Assembly: GCA_918797485.1 (NCBI GenBank)
Contig: CAKKNE010000003.1
Location: 2,232,001 to 2,296,000, forward strand
Reading direction: 5' to 3'
Source: Pelagomonas calceolata
Taxonomy: Eukaryota
Length of the DNA stretch: 64,000 nt
The notes below the pieces were generated by a model that did not search any database, had not been told where the DNA came from, and worked only from the letters and a program-made list of their open reading frames with translations. The position numbers and the translations under genes are program-made. This document shows positions 26,701 through 36,445 of the stretch, piece by piece (positions within the stretch are counted from its first letter, which is position 1; every line of letters begins with the position of its first letter).

Positions 26701-28477
26701 GGCCTGGGACTACGCGTGCTACCACGCGTCGCGAATAGACAAGAACTGGGACGGCGATTCTGTAGGAAGGGCCCTGCAGTGCGGCGACGAAAATGCTTGG
26801 TTGTCTGTGCGACGCGCGGCCGACGAGGCTGCGTTAACTCATGGGTCGTCGTTTCTGGCCTACGAAGCGGAACTGTTGGACGGTTCTCGGCCTAGAGGTG
26901 CTTTGCATAGATTACATTCGACGTTAATTGATGCCTTGACGGCGAAGGCGACGGATCCCAAGTCTCCAGCTATTCCTCGCTCGGCCCCAGGCTTCCAAGC
27001 GACATTACGACGCAACTTCAAGCACGAGAAGCCGTCCTCACCTAGAGCGGTCACCGTCGAAGATTTAGACGGCTGCGACATGGCAGGGAGGCAGGCGCGG
27101 CAGGTCGCGGCCGACGAGGCCGCGATTTCCGTCGCCGAGGCCGTCGATTCATTGAAAGACGTTTTATTGCATGGAGACTGGTACGCGAGATTGCTCGCTT
27201 TTACACGGTGTGTAGTTGCTCGTAGAAAACACGATGCGAGATGCGGTGCGTTTGAACGGCCCGGCGGGCCCGCGCCGCACGTAGGTGAAAAGCTGTGGCC
27301 CCTGGACGCGCAGGCGGTCGAGGACGCGGCGACGTTCGTGGTCAAAGACGCGGACCGGAGGAAGCGCGACCAGCGCGAGGGGCGGCAACGGGGCGGGCGG
27401 GGCGTTCTAGGTGATTTTGCGTCAGATCAAGCGGCGTGCCGGGCCTGCGAGCAGGTTTTAGATGCCGCGCGCGCGGACGGCCGCGGCTCGTACACGCCGT
27501 GGCGCGACTTATCGACCAAGGAGCGCTGCGCCGTCAGCGCGGCGCTGTCGTCGTTGTTGATGGCCCGTCGTAAAGACGACACGGATAAAGCGCTCGAGGC
27601 GCTGAAGACGCTCGGGAAGTTGAAGCAAGCCGCGCCGCCGACGCCGCCGCCTTTAGTGTATGACATCCCCGACGTCTTACAAGCCCAGGTTTGCGGTGTG
27701 TATGTGACGCCTGGTAGCGCCCTCGACAAAGTTGTTGATGGTGCGCCGCGGAAGAAACTGCGGGTCGTGGCGAAGCTAAACAACGTGAAGGTAGAACCGC
27801 CCTCGGCCGTCGTGCCGCAGGGCGCGCCCGCGGACCGCTTCGAAACTATAAGAGGAGCGGTCGGGTCCTTCCGCCGCTCGCCCTTAGGGTCGGATCGAGA
27901 TGGAAGGACTTACTGGGCGTTGGGTGAACGCTTCGACGTGCTGTGGTGCCGGGCGTCGACCGGCGCGTGGAGCTTCTGTTGTGATGTACAAGAACTCAAG
28001 GCCTTGGTCGAATCGCTCGGGAGGACGGACGACGAGAAAAGGCTCAAGAAGGTGCTGGTTAAATTAGCGCCGATCTTCGAGCGGAGCCTGGGATTGACGG
28101 GCGTGGCTTGTTCTTTGTGCGGAGCGGCGCCGCCGAACGGGCAATTGCTGTTGTGCGACGGCACCGACTGCGCGGAGGAGTGGTGCTTTGCGTGTGGTGG
28201 CGTCACTTGCGTCCCGGACGGCGACTGGAAGTGCCGGGGCTGCGTCTCAGTGCCGCTAGACGTGGCGTCGCAGAAGTGGGCGCAATGCGACTCCTGTGCC
28301 AAGTGGCGGCGCCTGCCGTCGCACATTGTTCTGCGGAAGCTGCCGGCGCGCTGGACCTGCGACATGAACGTCTGGGATGCAGACCGGGCGGCGTGTGATG
28401 TGGATGCGGAGGCGCGGCCCGACGGGTCCGCGTTCCGGGCGCGCGGCGGCGGGATCATCTTTGATGGGGGTGGGTAA
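23790..28477 (+). CDS. Phytochelatin synthase catalytic domain fused (predicted) to 5x GATA-like/C2HC zinc-finger units, Tudor/Agenet, WHIM-like, PHD and CW domains; ~1452 aa, 3 introns
   Basis: PCS motifs TQNEPAYCG, WKGVWRWYDE, GQTGDGHFSPVGGY, LLLDVARFKYPPHWV. Introns 24351-24517, 25086-25164 and 25355-25437 (GC) give one continuous frame into ORF 25538-28477. Confidence 0.75.
24351..24517 (+). mobile_element. Introner-type intron with 15-bp TIR and perfect 8-bp TSD GTCGAGAT
   Basis: GTCGAGAT-CTGTGTGGAAATCAA...TTGATTTCCACACAG-GTCGAGAT; internal tandem copies of GGGAC(A/G)ACGTCGCGTCGATGGCGT. Confidence 0.95.
25355..25437 (+). mobile_element. Introner-type GC-AG intron with TSD GCGCCAC(G/T)
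   Basis: GCGCCACG-CTGTGCAGAAATCAA...CCTAACTCACACATAG-GCGCCACT; removal restores HRRHCDGG of the zinc-finger repeat. Confidence 0.85.
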
Positions 28478-28660
28478 GTTTGTGATGTGTATCCTCTACT
28501 GCCTCTACTTTGCGTATAAATTAGGCTATAGTGCAGCAGCAGGTGGGGCCTGGATTTCCAGGGGCCTCGAGCGGCGCGTACTCCTCCCACTGCGGGCCGT
28601 CGTCGCTCCCGCCGCTCCTTCGGAAGTGACCTTCGATGCGCCACTTGCCCCCCCGTCGCC

Positions 28661-30591
28661 TCACTCGCGCGATACGGCCTGGGCGAGCTTGTCCGCGTGC
28701 GCGCGCGCGTACGGCACGATCGTCTTCGCGAGGTCCTCGGCGACGCACATGCCCTTCTCGGCGATCTTCAGGTCCTTCTCGTCCCACTCGCACTGCCCAT
28801 ATTTCTTGTAGAGCTGCTTCTCGTCGTCCCCGGCCCGTTTCACGAGCACGTTCAGCAAGAGGTGCTGCGGGATGAAGATCTTGAAGTTCGGCTCGTTCAT
28901 GTGGAAATTGAACGACCCGTCCTGCGGGATGACGAGGAAGAGGTAGTTCGGCACGTCGAGCGGCGCAGCGGCCTCGCGGAGGTTGGCCGCTATGTTACCG
29001 TCGTCCAGAGCATGCGCGTCGATCACGACGACCAGCACGGCGGCGGTCTCGAGCGGGACCTCGGCCTGCGTGCGAGGCGACGGTTGGCGGTCGATGTGCG
29101 AAGCGAAGTGTCACGAAATCAATGACACTGCGTCGCACGCGGCCGCCGCCTTCGCCCTGAATATTGAACATGAACGAGGCCCGCTTGGCCATGCAGGCCG
29201 CGACAGAAAGCGGCGTCGGCCGGTCGACGCCGGGGAATCGGCAGAGCAGGGGCTTCTTCACCTCGCCCGAGCCGAGGACCACGTTCACCCCACCGTCGAC
29301 CAGTTTCCGCGCGACGACACAGTCCCCGATGTTGTGGTGGCGGCGGCTCTGGTCGCCGCTCGGAAACTCCGCGTAGTGCAAGGCCTTCAGCGTCGTCGGC
29401 GGCAGGCCCGTCTCGGACACCATGACCAGCGTGTGAGTTGGCGAGTAACCCGACTGCGTCCACGTGATCAATTTCTCGCGCGTGCGCGTGGTCGAGTCGA
29501 GCGCGCGCGCTTGCGCGAGGAGGAACGTTTTCGCGCCGGCGACGTCGCCCGCGAAGGAGGTGAGCCACGAAGCGCCGGCGCCCGCGTACAACAGGAGGCG
29601 GTCGAAATCGAGCGTGCTGGGGATGGTGCCGAGTGGTGAGCTACCGGACGACGACACGTAGGCCTCGACGTCCACGATGGCGCGGCCGCGCCGCAGGTTT
29701 TTGCCGGCCTTCAAAGCGCAGGCGAGCTTCAGGGCCGGCGAGGTCAGGACCTGCTCGGTCCCGTCGGCCGCGCGGCGCACGAAGGCGACGAGCGTGCTCG
29801 GGAACTGCGTGCCGATGTAGACGATGCGGTCGTAGCCGGTTTCGAAGCCAGATTGCCCCGAGTCCAGCATGATCCTCGCGTCGCGGCCCGTGCCGATGTT
29901 GTAGGGCACGAAAATCATGACGGGCACCTGCGTCGGTGGCGCTCAGGGACGCGCCTCTTCGCGGACGCCGCGCCCGTGCGATCTCCTCCTTGTCGTCGTA
30001 TGGCGCCAGGTCGCTGATATCGACGGACTTGGTCACGTAGCCCGGGATGATCGCCTTCTCGAGCGCGAGGGAGACACCGTGCGACTGGTACGTGTAGCGC
30101 AGCTCGAGCTTGCCCGCCGCCCAGTAGTCGTCTGCGTGGGACGCGAAGACGTCGCAGACGGTCGACGATCGGGACGCGGAGGGCGCACCCGTCGCGCCGG
30201 CGCCGGCGAAGTCGAAATTTTTGTTCTCGGGGATGCGCAACAACACGTCGACCATGTGGACGAAAAGCGCCCGGTCGTCCGTGGCCAACCTCGCCTCGGC
30301 CCACGTCTTTTTCGCGCGGCGCACGACGGCGACGGGCACGCGGCCGATGTCCTCGGGCTCCTGGTCCTCCACGATCTCGCGTAACGGCGGGACGCCGTCG
30401 CTCTCGACGACGAACTGCACCGCGCTGCCGCGTCTCGTCGACTCGATGGCGCGCAACACGGCGTAGTCGGCGTCGCGTTCGTCGAGTTTGCGGATGGTCT
30501 CCATCATCCTGGCCATGCCCACCTTATAGACGACCGCGTTGCTCGAGTTTTTGTCCGCCTCGGCGATCGTGGCGCCGATGAGGCCGCCCAT
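28661..30591 (-). CDS. Hypothetical protein, probably two introns (~29928-29979, ~29066-29138)
   Basis: ORFs 29641-30642, 28995-29927 and 28661-29038 have protein-like composition and join at CAG acceptors 29928 and 29066. No family recognised. Confidence 0.55.
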
Positions 30592-32596
30592 GTTTGGGGT
30601 GAGTGGGTGCTCTAAAAAGCAACGGGGCGCGGCGCAGCCCAACGCAGGCTGGCAGGCGTGTCGAAAAGTGTCCTCCGGGGCGCTCTTTGAGCTGCGGCGG
30701 GCTTCGCGCCGCGAAGCCGGTCCAAAGGGGCAGCAGGGGACCGGCGTGGGCGTCGGCGGAGTTTTTTTTTAGGCGTGCTTGTGCACCTATCTTCTCGGAA
30801 GCTCTCCCGGACGGCCCGAGGCACTCGCCTTTGCGTCTCTCTGATCGCACGGGTTTGCTTGGCAAGCTCAAGCAAGCGCGCTTGGCGCTGCAACAGCGCT
30901 CATTGCAAGGGGAGGCTCCCCGGAGGCGTTCGTGCTGTAAGGAATCAGATCCCGGCACCGCCCTTGCCGCAGACGATTCATGCAGTGCTTGCTGCTGCTG
31001 CTGACACAAGCTAGGCAATGTGCAGCGCTGCATCACGCGCTCGCGGCATCGCCCGCCCTTGATAACTGCCCCCCTATTGACGCCCGCCATCGACCCACTG
31101 CGCCGCAACACTTGCACTTGCACGCGCGCGGCGGTCAACGCCGTCGGCCAACCTGCAGCTGCGCCGGCCAGTGTGCGAGCAATCGACCCGCCGTGCGACA
31201 CGTCGAGGGCGATGCCGCTCTCGAAGCCGTCGACGAAGACCCTCGCGGTCCAGGGCCGGAGAAGACGGGTGCGGTGGGCGTGGGCGCGCGCCCTCGACGG
31301 CGTAGGAGCTGTTGCTCGGCAGCGGCCGCCCCTACCCGCGCCCAAGTTCGCCCTCCTCCACGCCGTCGAGGAGACGCGGTTCAGAGACGACGTCGCGTCG
31401 ATGGCGTGGGGTTCTCGAGGTTCGGGCCCGCAAGCCCCGTCCACATGCGCTGGGCCGGGGCGCACTCGACGGCCGACACGGGCTGCGGCCGCTGCGAGAC
31501 GAGCGTCGCGCGGATCTACGACGTGACGATGAACGTCATCGCGGGAGAAGGGTCGCCACCACGTAATCGGTTCGCCAGTCGACGCGCCCGCGGAGGACAC
31601 GTTGTATCGACACGTCGACGGTGTCACGGACACCACGACGACGCGGGCGCGATCTTCGCCGTCGAGCAAAAGGTCGGCACGTCGATCTTCCTCGCAAACA
31701 AGGGTCTCGTGCGACGGCGAGCGTCTGCCGCGCCTCCGCGTTCCGCTCCCGTCGCGACGGCGCGACGTGTTGGCGGGACGGGTGAACGCCGGCGCTGGCG
31801 CCGCGACGGCGGGATGGCGACGCACGTCCGTGCAGCAGGCGCTGGTCGCGGGGGTGCTCCTAGTACCTCGTCGACGAGTGCTCTCGATGGGGGACGGGCT
31901 GCTTCATCGAATTTTGCGTTTGACGTCGCCGCCGGCGCCTGCGTATTGCTTTTACGAGACGTGCTTCAGCGAGCGGCCGAGGCGTCGTCCACGCCGGCGC
32001 GACGACCGCTGCGATCCTCTTGGATCGCGAGGGGCGGTCATTTGAAGCTGGCGGACCCGACGCACGGCCGCGCACGGCCGCACACGCGAGCCCTGGTCTC
32101 TCGCCCGATGGCGTGGGAGGCGTTCGGCAGCAGTTGTAGGCGCCCGGAGCTTGTTCGGCGGGCGCGCGGAGGTCTTGGCGCCTGTCTCACGCCGCGCGCG
32201 CCTGGAGCGCGCCGCCGCGACGCGCCGACCTGCCCATCGTAACGACCGCGTCGACGACGCACACCGTGGAGCTGGTGCAAACGATCCGGAGGGCCGCGGC
32301 GAGCCCGCGCCGTCGCCGCGACGAGTGACTTCGGCGCCTCGACCGACGGCACAACGCTTCGTCAGGCACGCCATCGACGCCGAGAGTTGCGCTGGCCGCG
32401 GCGCCCGCCCCTTCGACGGCGACGGCACCCACCGCGAACGTGGCTGGCGCGTGGCACGCCAGAGAGTTTTGTGCGGCCCGCGGCAGTCGCTGTTCCTGTG
32501 TCTCGTGTAAGTTTAATCCAACCTAGTTACTCCGCCCCGTCCGAGCTCTTCGGCGAAGCCGCGCCAGCGCGGCGCGCGCAATGCCCCCGGCCCGCC

Positions 32597-33400
32597 CTAC
32601 TTCTTTCGAGTCTTCTTCTTCTTGGGCGGCTTCGTCGCGTCGCGGACCTTTCCGGAGAAAAAATCGGCCGCGTCCGACGCGGTCGCGGGCTTGGCCGCCT
32701 TCTTCTTCTTCTTCTTCTTCTTCTTCTTCGATTGGCCCGCCGACTGCGGCGGCTGCGGCGGCCGCGGCCGCGCGAGTACGACGTTCGCGCGCTTCAGCGT
32801 CAGCTCCAGGCCGCGTACGCGCACGCGCACGCGCTCCCGCGCGACGAGCTCCAGGACCACGCCGTGCCACCGGTTGTATTCCGGTAAACCCACGACCTCG
32901 ATGTGGGCGTCGACGCGCAGCGATTCGTCCTGGGATGGCGGCGACGAGTGCGTCGCGCGGTCGCCAAACGCGGCTTGCTTCGGATGCGCGGCGCTCGCCG
33001 ATTCGAAGAGGCTTGGGATCGTCAGCTGGCGCTGCCGGACCGCTTCGCACGTCCGGGCCGCGATCAGTTTGGCCTCGTCCCGCTTGACGTCGTAGCGGCG
33101 GAGCGCGTCCAGAAGCCCGTTTTCGTCGGGCGGATCGTTGAAGCGAGTGAACATGTCCATACTCTGGACGTACGCAGCGGCCGCGCGTCGCGCCTCGCCC
33201 ATGTGGTCGAGGTACCTCATACTGCGCTGCAGCAAAAAAGCCATGCCGATCTGGTCGGGTTTTCGACGTTTTTTACGCATCGTTCTGCGCGTCGGACAGT
33301 GTGTCATTTGCTCTATGATAGCTCGGATGAATCGGCGACGCGCGGTGTCTCCCCCACAGGGGCTCCGCCCACTAGTCTCTCCCGCAAGGAGTCGGTTCAA
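32597..33400 (-). CDS. Hypothetical protein with SH3/KOW-like segment and Lys-rich tail (start uncertain)
   Basis: IEVVGLPEYNRWHGVVLELVARERVRVRV..LELTLKRANV segment; poly-Lys encoded by (TTC)n at 32699-32729. Confidence 0.55.
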   Translation of the reverse strand: MNRLLAGETSGRSPCGGDTARRRFIRAIIEQMTHCPTRRTMRKKRRKPDQIGMAFLLQRSMRYLDHMGEARRAAAAYVQSMDMFTRFNDPPDENGLLDALRRYDVKRDEAKLIAARTCEAVRQRQLTIPSLFESASAAHPKQAAFGDRATHSSPPSQDESLRVDAHIEVVGLPEYNRWHGVVLELVARERVRVRVRGLELTLKRANVVLARPRPPQPPQSAGQSKKKKKKKKKKAAKPATASDAADFFSGKVRDATKPPKKKKTRKK

Positions 33401-33446
33401 TCAGCGTGTAGAGCACCTCTGAAGTTCGCTCTGCGTGCGGTGGTGG
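33377..33446. repeat. Dispersed ~70-bp repeat, copy 1 (copy 2 at 34633-34702)
   Basis: CTCTCCCGC(A/C)AGGAGTCG(G/A)TTCAA(T/G)CAGCGTGTAGAGCACCT..AGTTCGCTCTG is shared by both copies. Confidence 0.85.
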
Positions 33447-33535
33447 CGTATGCGACGAAAGCCTGGGATACCTGGACGGCAATCCAGAGCAGCAATCCTA
33501 GTGTGTCTATGTTAATAAACTCCCAACGCAGTCTA

Positions 33536-34525
33536 CTATCGCCTCTCCCGCAGCCAGAACACGAGGTTGAAGCGCTCGCCCGCCGTAATGGGCTCCACCG
33601 CGTGCGCGAGGTCGCCCGCGTGGACCACGGCGAGGCCGGGGCGCTGCGGGACGACGAGCCGGTCGCCACACGCGAAGCTCAGATCCGAGCCTGCGAAATC
33701 GCCGCCGAGCGTAAAGTTCACAGTGACCGTGGAGTCGTCGACGTGCTCCGACGTCGGCTCGCCCGTGTCCGAGCGGTGCCGCCAGAGAGAGGCGCCGGCG
33801 CGGTCCGGATTCGTGGCCGCGTGCCACAGGATGAACGCGTGGCTGGCGTCGGCGTCGACGCGCACTCCGGGATAGAGGTTGTGGACGGCGGGCCCGAGCA
33901 CGTGCTTTACCAATTTCGCCGTAAAGGCCGCGAGTCCGAGCTGGGCCGCCGTCGCGTGGCCGCGCCTCTCCACGAGGCCCGGCCGGGCGTGCGTTATGAT
34001 CGCCTCCGACGCTTCGGGCGTGAGCACGGGGAGGAGGAACACCGGCGGCGCGGCGTGGAGGCACGTCGCCTCGCCCTCGCCCGGCGGCGCAAGAGCCGTC
34101 CAGATCAGCGCGGCGTGGCAGGTGGCGTGCAACCGCGCGTCGCTCGAGACGTCGAGCACCGACGGGAGGGGGGTCCGGCCAGGTTCCGGGTCGCCTCCCT
34201 CGCGCCGAAGCGTGGCTGATGACCCGGTGCGTGTGATGAGATGGACGGTCGATTCTGCGCGAATGCCATAGTGTCGCAACGTGCGCGTGTCCTCGAGCCG
34301 CTTCCCGGCGAAGATCATGCGCTGGTCCCCAGCGGGATAGATCGACATGGCCGCCACGTAACCCTTGAGCTGGTCGATGGTCGTGTCTTCACCGACCCCG
34401 CCTTCGGCCAGCAGGCATGGCGGACAAACGCGGACGCCGCTCGCCTCGGCCGCCGCGATGGCCTCGGGATCGGTCATGCCCACGGCGAACACGTCGCCTG
34501 CGAGCGTCTTGAGGTACACGTTCAT
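33536..34525 (-). CDS. Ubiquitin-like domain fused to 2OG-Fe(II) oxygenase (PLOD/prolyl-hydroxylase-like)
   Basis: [10 protein letters not shown]...[39 protein letters not shown]...F.GSDL...[17 protein letters not shown] (HxD...H...R). Confidence 0.82.
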   Translation of the reverse strand: MNVYLKTLAGDVFAVGMTDPEAIAAAEASGVRVCPPCLLAEGGVGEDTTIDQLKGYVAAMSIYPAGDQRMIFAGKRLEDTRTLRHYGIRAESTVHLITRTGSSATLRREGGDPEPGRTPLPSVLDVSSDARLHATCHAALIWTALAPPGEGEATCLHAAPPVFLLPVLTPEASEAIITHARPGLVERRGHATAAQLGLAAFTAKLVKHVLGPAVHNLYPGVRVDADASHAFILWHAATNPDRAGASLWRHRSDTGEPTSEHVDDSTVTVNFTLGGDFAGSDLSFACGDRLVVPQRPGLAVVHAGDLAHAVEPITAGERFNLVFWLRERR

Positions 34526-34632
34526 GGTCCAGTGACTACCTCTCCAGTGTATACTCCGCCCTCCGCGGGCAGCGCATGGCCCCACTCCTTGTGGATCTTG
34601 GGGCAGCCCTTGCTGTCCTGTATCCCAGGGGG

Positions 34633-34702
34633 CTCTCCCGCCAGGAGTCGATTCAAGCAGCGTGTAGAGCACCTGGAGTTCGCTCTGTCGGTGCGATGGT
34701 GG
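34633..34702. repeat. Dispersed ~70-bp repeat, copy 2
   Basis: Matches 33377-33446 in the same orientation. Confidence 0.85.
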
Positions 34703-34880
34703 TTTATGTGACGAGAGCCGAGCTATGCAGTGAGAGAGCCTGAGCAAACTAGTGTGTCATTGAGCTAGCTCATCTTTTTGCTCGGCTGCATAGCGCTTGT
34801 GTTGATGGCGAGAACGGCTCAGTGTATCAAGATTTACTGTTGATTCCGCCACAAATCGCTGCGACACAGAAATTGCATCA

Positions 34881-35663
34881 ATGGCACACTGCAGGCTGCT
34901 GGTCATCCTGCCTGCGGTGCACGCTCTCCAGCGGCCATTGGTCGCCGCCCGGCATAAGCGCGCAGCGGTTAGCGCCGCCGAAGCGGTGCCCGGCGACTGC
35001 ACTTCCTCGATAACCGTGCTCGAGACGAAGGACCGCGGCCTCGGCGTCTTCGCGACGGCGCCGATCAACAACGGGACCTTCCTGACCGATTACGTGGGAA
35101 AAGTCGTGCCGAGCGAGGAGCTGCTCCGCGACCACCCCGACGCCGAGCCCGAGTACGCGTTCCGCGTCGACGACGCGCTCTATATTGATGCGGAGAACTC
35201 GACGCACTGGTCGAAGCGCATGAACCACAACGCCCTCGCACCGAACGTCGACTTCGAGGTGACGGCGTCGCCGCCCAGGGTACGGTTCGCGACGATCCGC
35301 GACGTGAAAAAGGGCGAAGAGTTGACCTTTGATTATGGTACGGAGTTCTGGGACGGCCGGAGCTACTCTCCCGACGCGGCTACCGATGGCCGCGTGTATG
35401 CTTCACCCACCTTCTGCGAGAGCGTGGACCTCGGCGTGCCCCTCTCCGAGGGCGCGCTCCGCGACGTGCTCCGGGCCCGGGCCTCGCGCGCGGAGAAGGT
35501 CGCGGCGCTGCGGCGCGCGCTCGACTATTTTGGTATTTCCGGCGAGATCGAAGTCCCGCCTTCCAGGTTTTTCAGGTGGCGGCGGGCAAAACGCGTCGAC
35601 GCCGCGGGGGCGTCGCCGCGCCAATTGGCGCGGGCGCTGCGGGTGTGTCTGGCGTGGGAGTAA
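34881..35663 (+). CDS. SET-domain protein with signal/plastid-type leader
   Basis: RGLGVFA...FLTDYVG...RMNH...PNV...FATIRDVKKGEELTFDYG. Confidence 0.88.
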   Translation: MAHCRLLVILPAVHALQRPLVAARHKRAAVSAAEAVPGDCTSSITVLETKDRGLGVFATAPINNGTFLTDYVGKVVPSEELLRDHPDAEPEYAFRVDDALYIDAENSTHWSKRMNHNALAPNVDFEVTASPPRVRFATIRDVKKGEELTFDYGTEFWDGRSYSPDAATDGRVYASPTFCESVDLGVPLSEGALRDVLRARASRAEKVAALRRALDYFGISGEIEVPPSRFFRWRRAKRVDAAGASPRQLARALRVCLAWE

Positions 35664-35926
35664 TACTCTTAGGCAGGCTAGTAGTCAGCCGCCGACTCGT
35701 CCTCTCGGTCGACCCAGCCCGGCAGTTCCTTGGGGTCTCCTCGCGGGACGTCGGGATATTGCAGCTTGTCGGGCACCGGCAAACCTTCCAGCGCGAGGTA
35801 AGTACGCCAATATTCGGTGTCGCGCTCGTCTTGGCATCAGAAAATGCGGCATCGTTCAGTGCAGAGCGGAAATCAAGTTTGATCGACCATGGACGCCTAG
35901 TCGAACTTAGATCGATTGCCACACAG

Positions 35927-36202
35927 ATCCAGTGCGACATATGGCATGCGTCTCAGGACGCGGTCCGCCTCACAGAGGAGTGCGGCGGCTGCACGGATGA
36001 GCTATGGGCTTTCGCCAAATGCGGCCTGAAGGCGGCGGCGGAGCAGCAGTGCGGCGTGCCGGACTGCAACTTCATGTTCCCCGACCCGGGCGACGACTGC
36101 AACGAGGGCGACTGCAAGAAGCAGTGCGACTCGTCCGACGGCGCCGCCGCGACGGGCCTAGGCTTCCTCACCGCGGCCGCGGCGGCCGTGGCCGCGCTCT
36201 AA
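35927..36202 (+). CDS. Terminal exon of a small Cys-rich protein with GPI-like hydrophobic tail (5' exons unresolved)
   Basis: IQCD...ECGGC..CGL..QCGVPDCNF...DCNEGDCKKQCDSSDGAAATGLGFLTAAAAAVAAL, preceded by an introner-like intron 35854-35926 (GTTCAGTG...CCACACAG-ATCCAGTG). Confidence 0.5.
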   Translation: MQCDIWHASQDAVRLTEECGGCTDELWAFAKCGLKAAAEQQCGVPDCNFMFPDPGDDCNEGDCKKQCDSSDGAAATGLGFLTAAAAAVAAL

Positions 36203-36298
36203 GGGAGCTCGGACGGCGCGGCGACGGGCGGCCTATCCGCGGCTCGCGCCCCGAGAGGGTTTCCGCGCGATTCCTCTCCCGCCGACTCACTCTGGGGC

Positions 36299-36445
36299 TT
36301 AAGAAGGAGCCCCGACTAGTAGTCTCGACACTGACGGAGGAAATTGGAGTCTTCTTCCACCGCGCAGCCGCTGCCGCCAGGGGGTTTTAATGAGGAGCCC
36401 CGTACTAGTAGTCTCGACACTTACTCAGGAAATGGGGTTTTCTTC
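36299..36445. repeat. Diverged tandem duplication (~59 bp x2) of the EFTUD2 stop region
   Basis: AGGAGCCCCG(T)ACTAGTAGTCTCGACACT...AGGAAAT.GG.GT.TTCTTC at 36299-36357 and 36387-36445. Confidence 0.8.

Noticed and set aside
32699..32729. (TTC)n microsatellite
   Set aside because: It encodes the poly-Lys tract of the minus-strand gene.
30524..34219. Long ORFs 30524-31825, 30980-32242 and 32903-34219
   Set aside because: R/A/P-rich with no domain motifs, and they overlap real genes or element motifs; likely GC-driven spurious ORFs.
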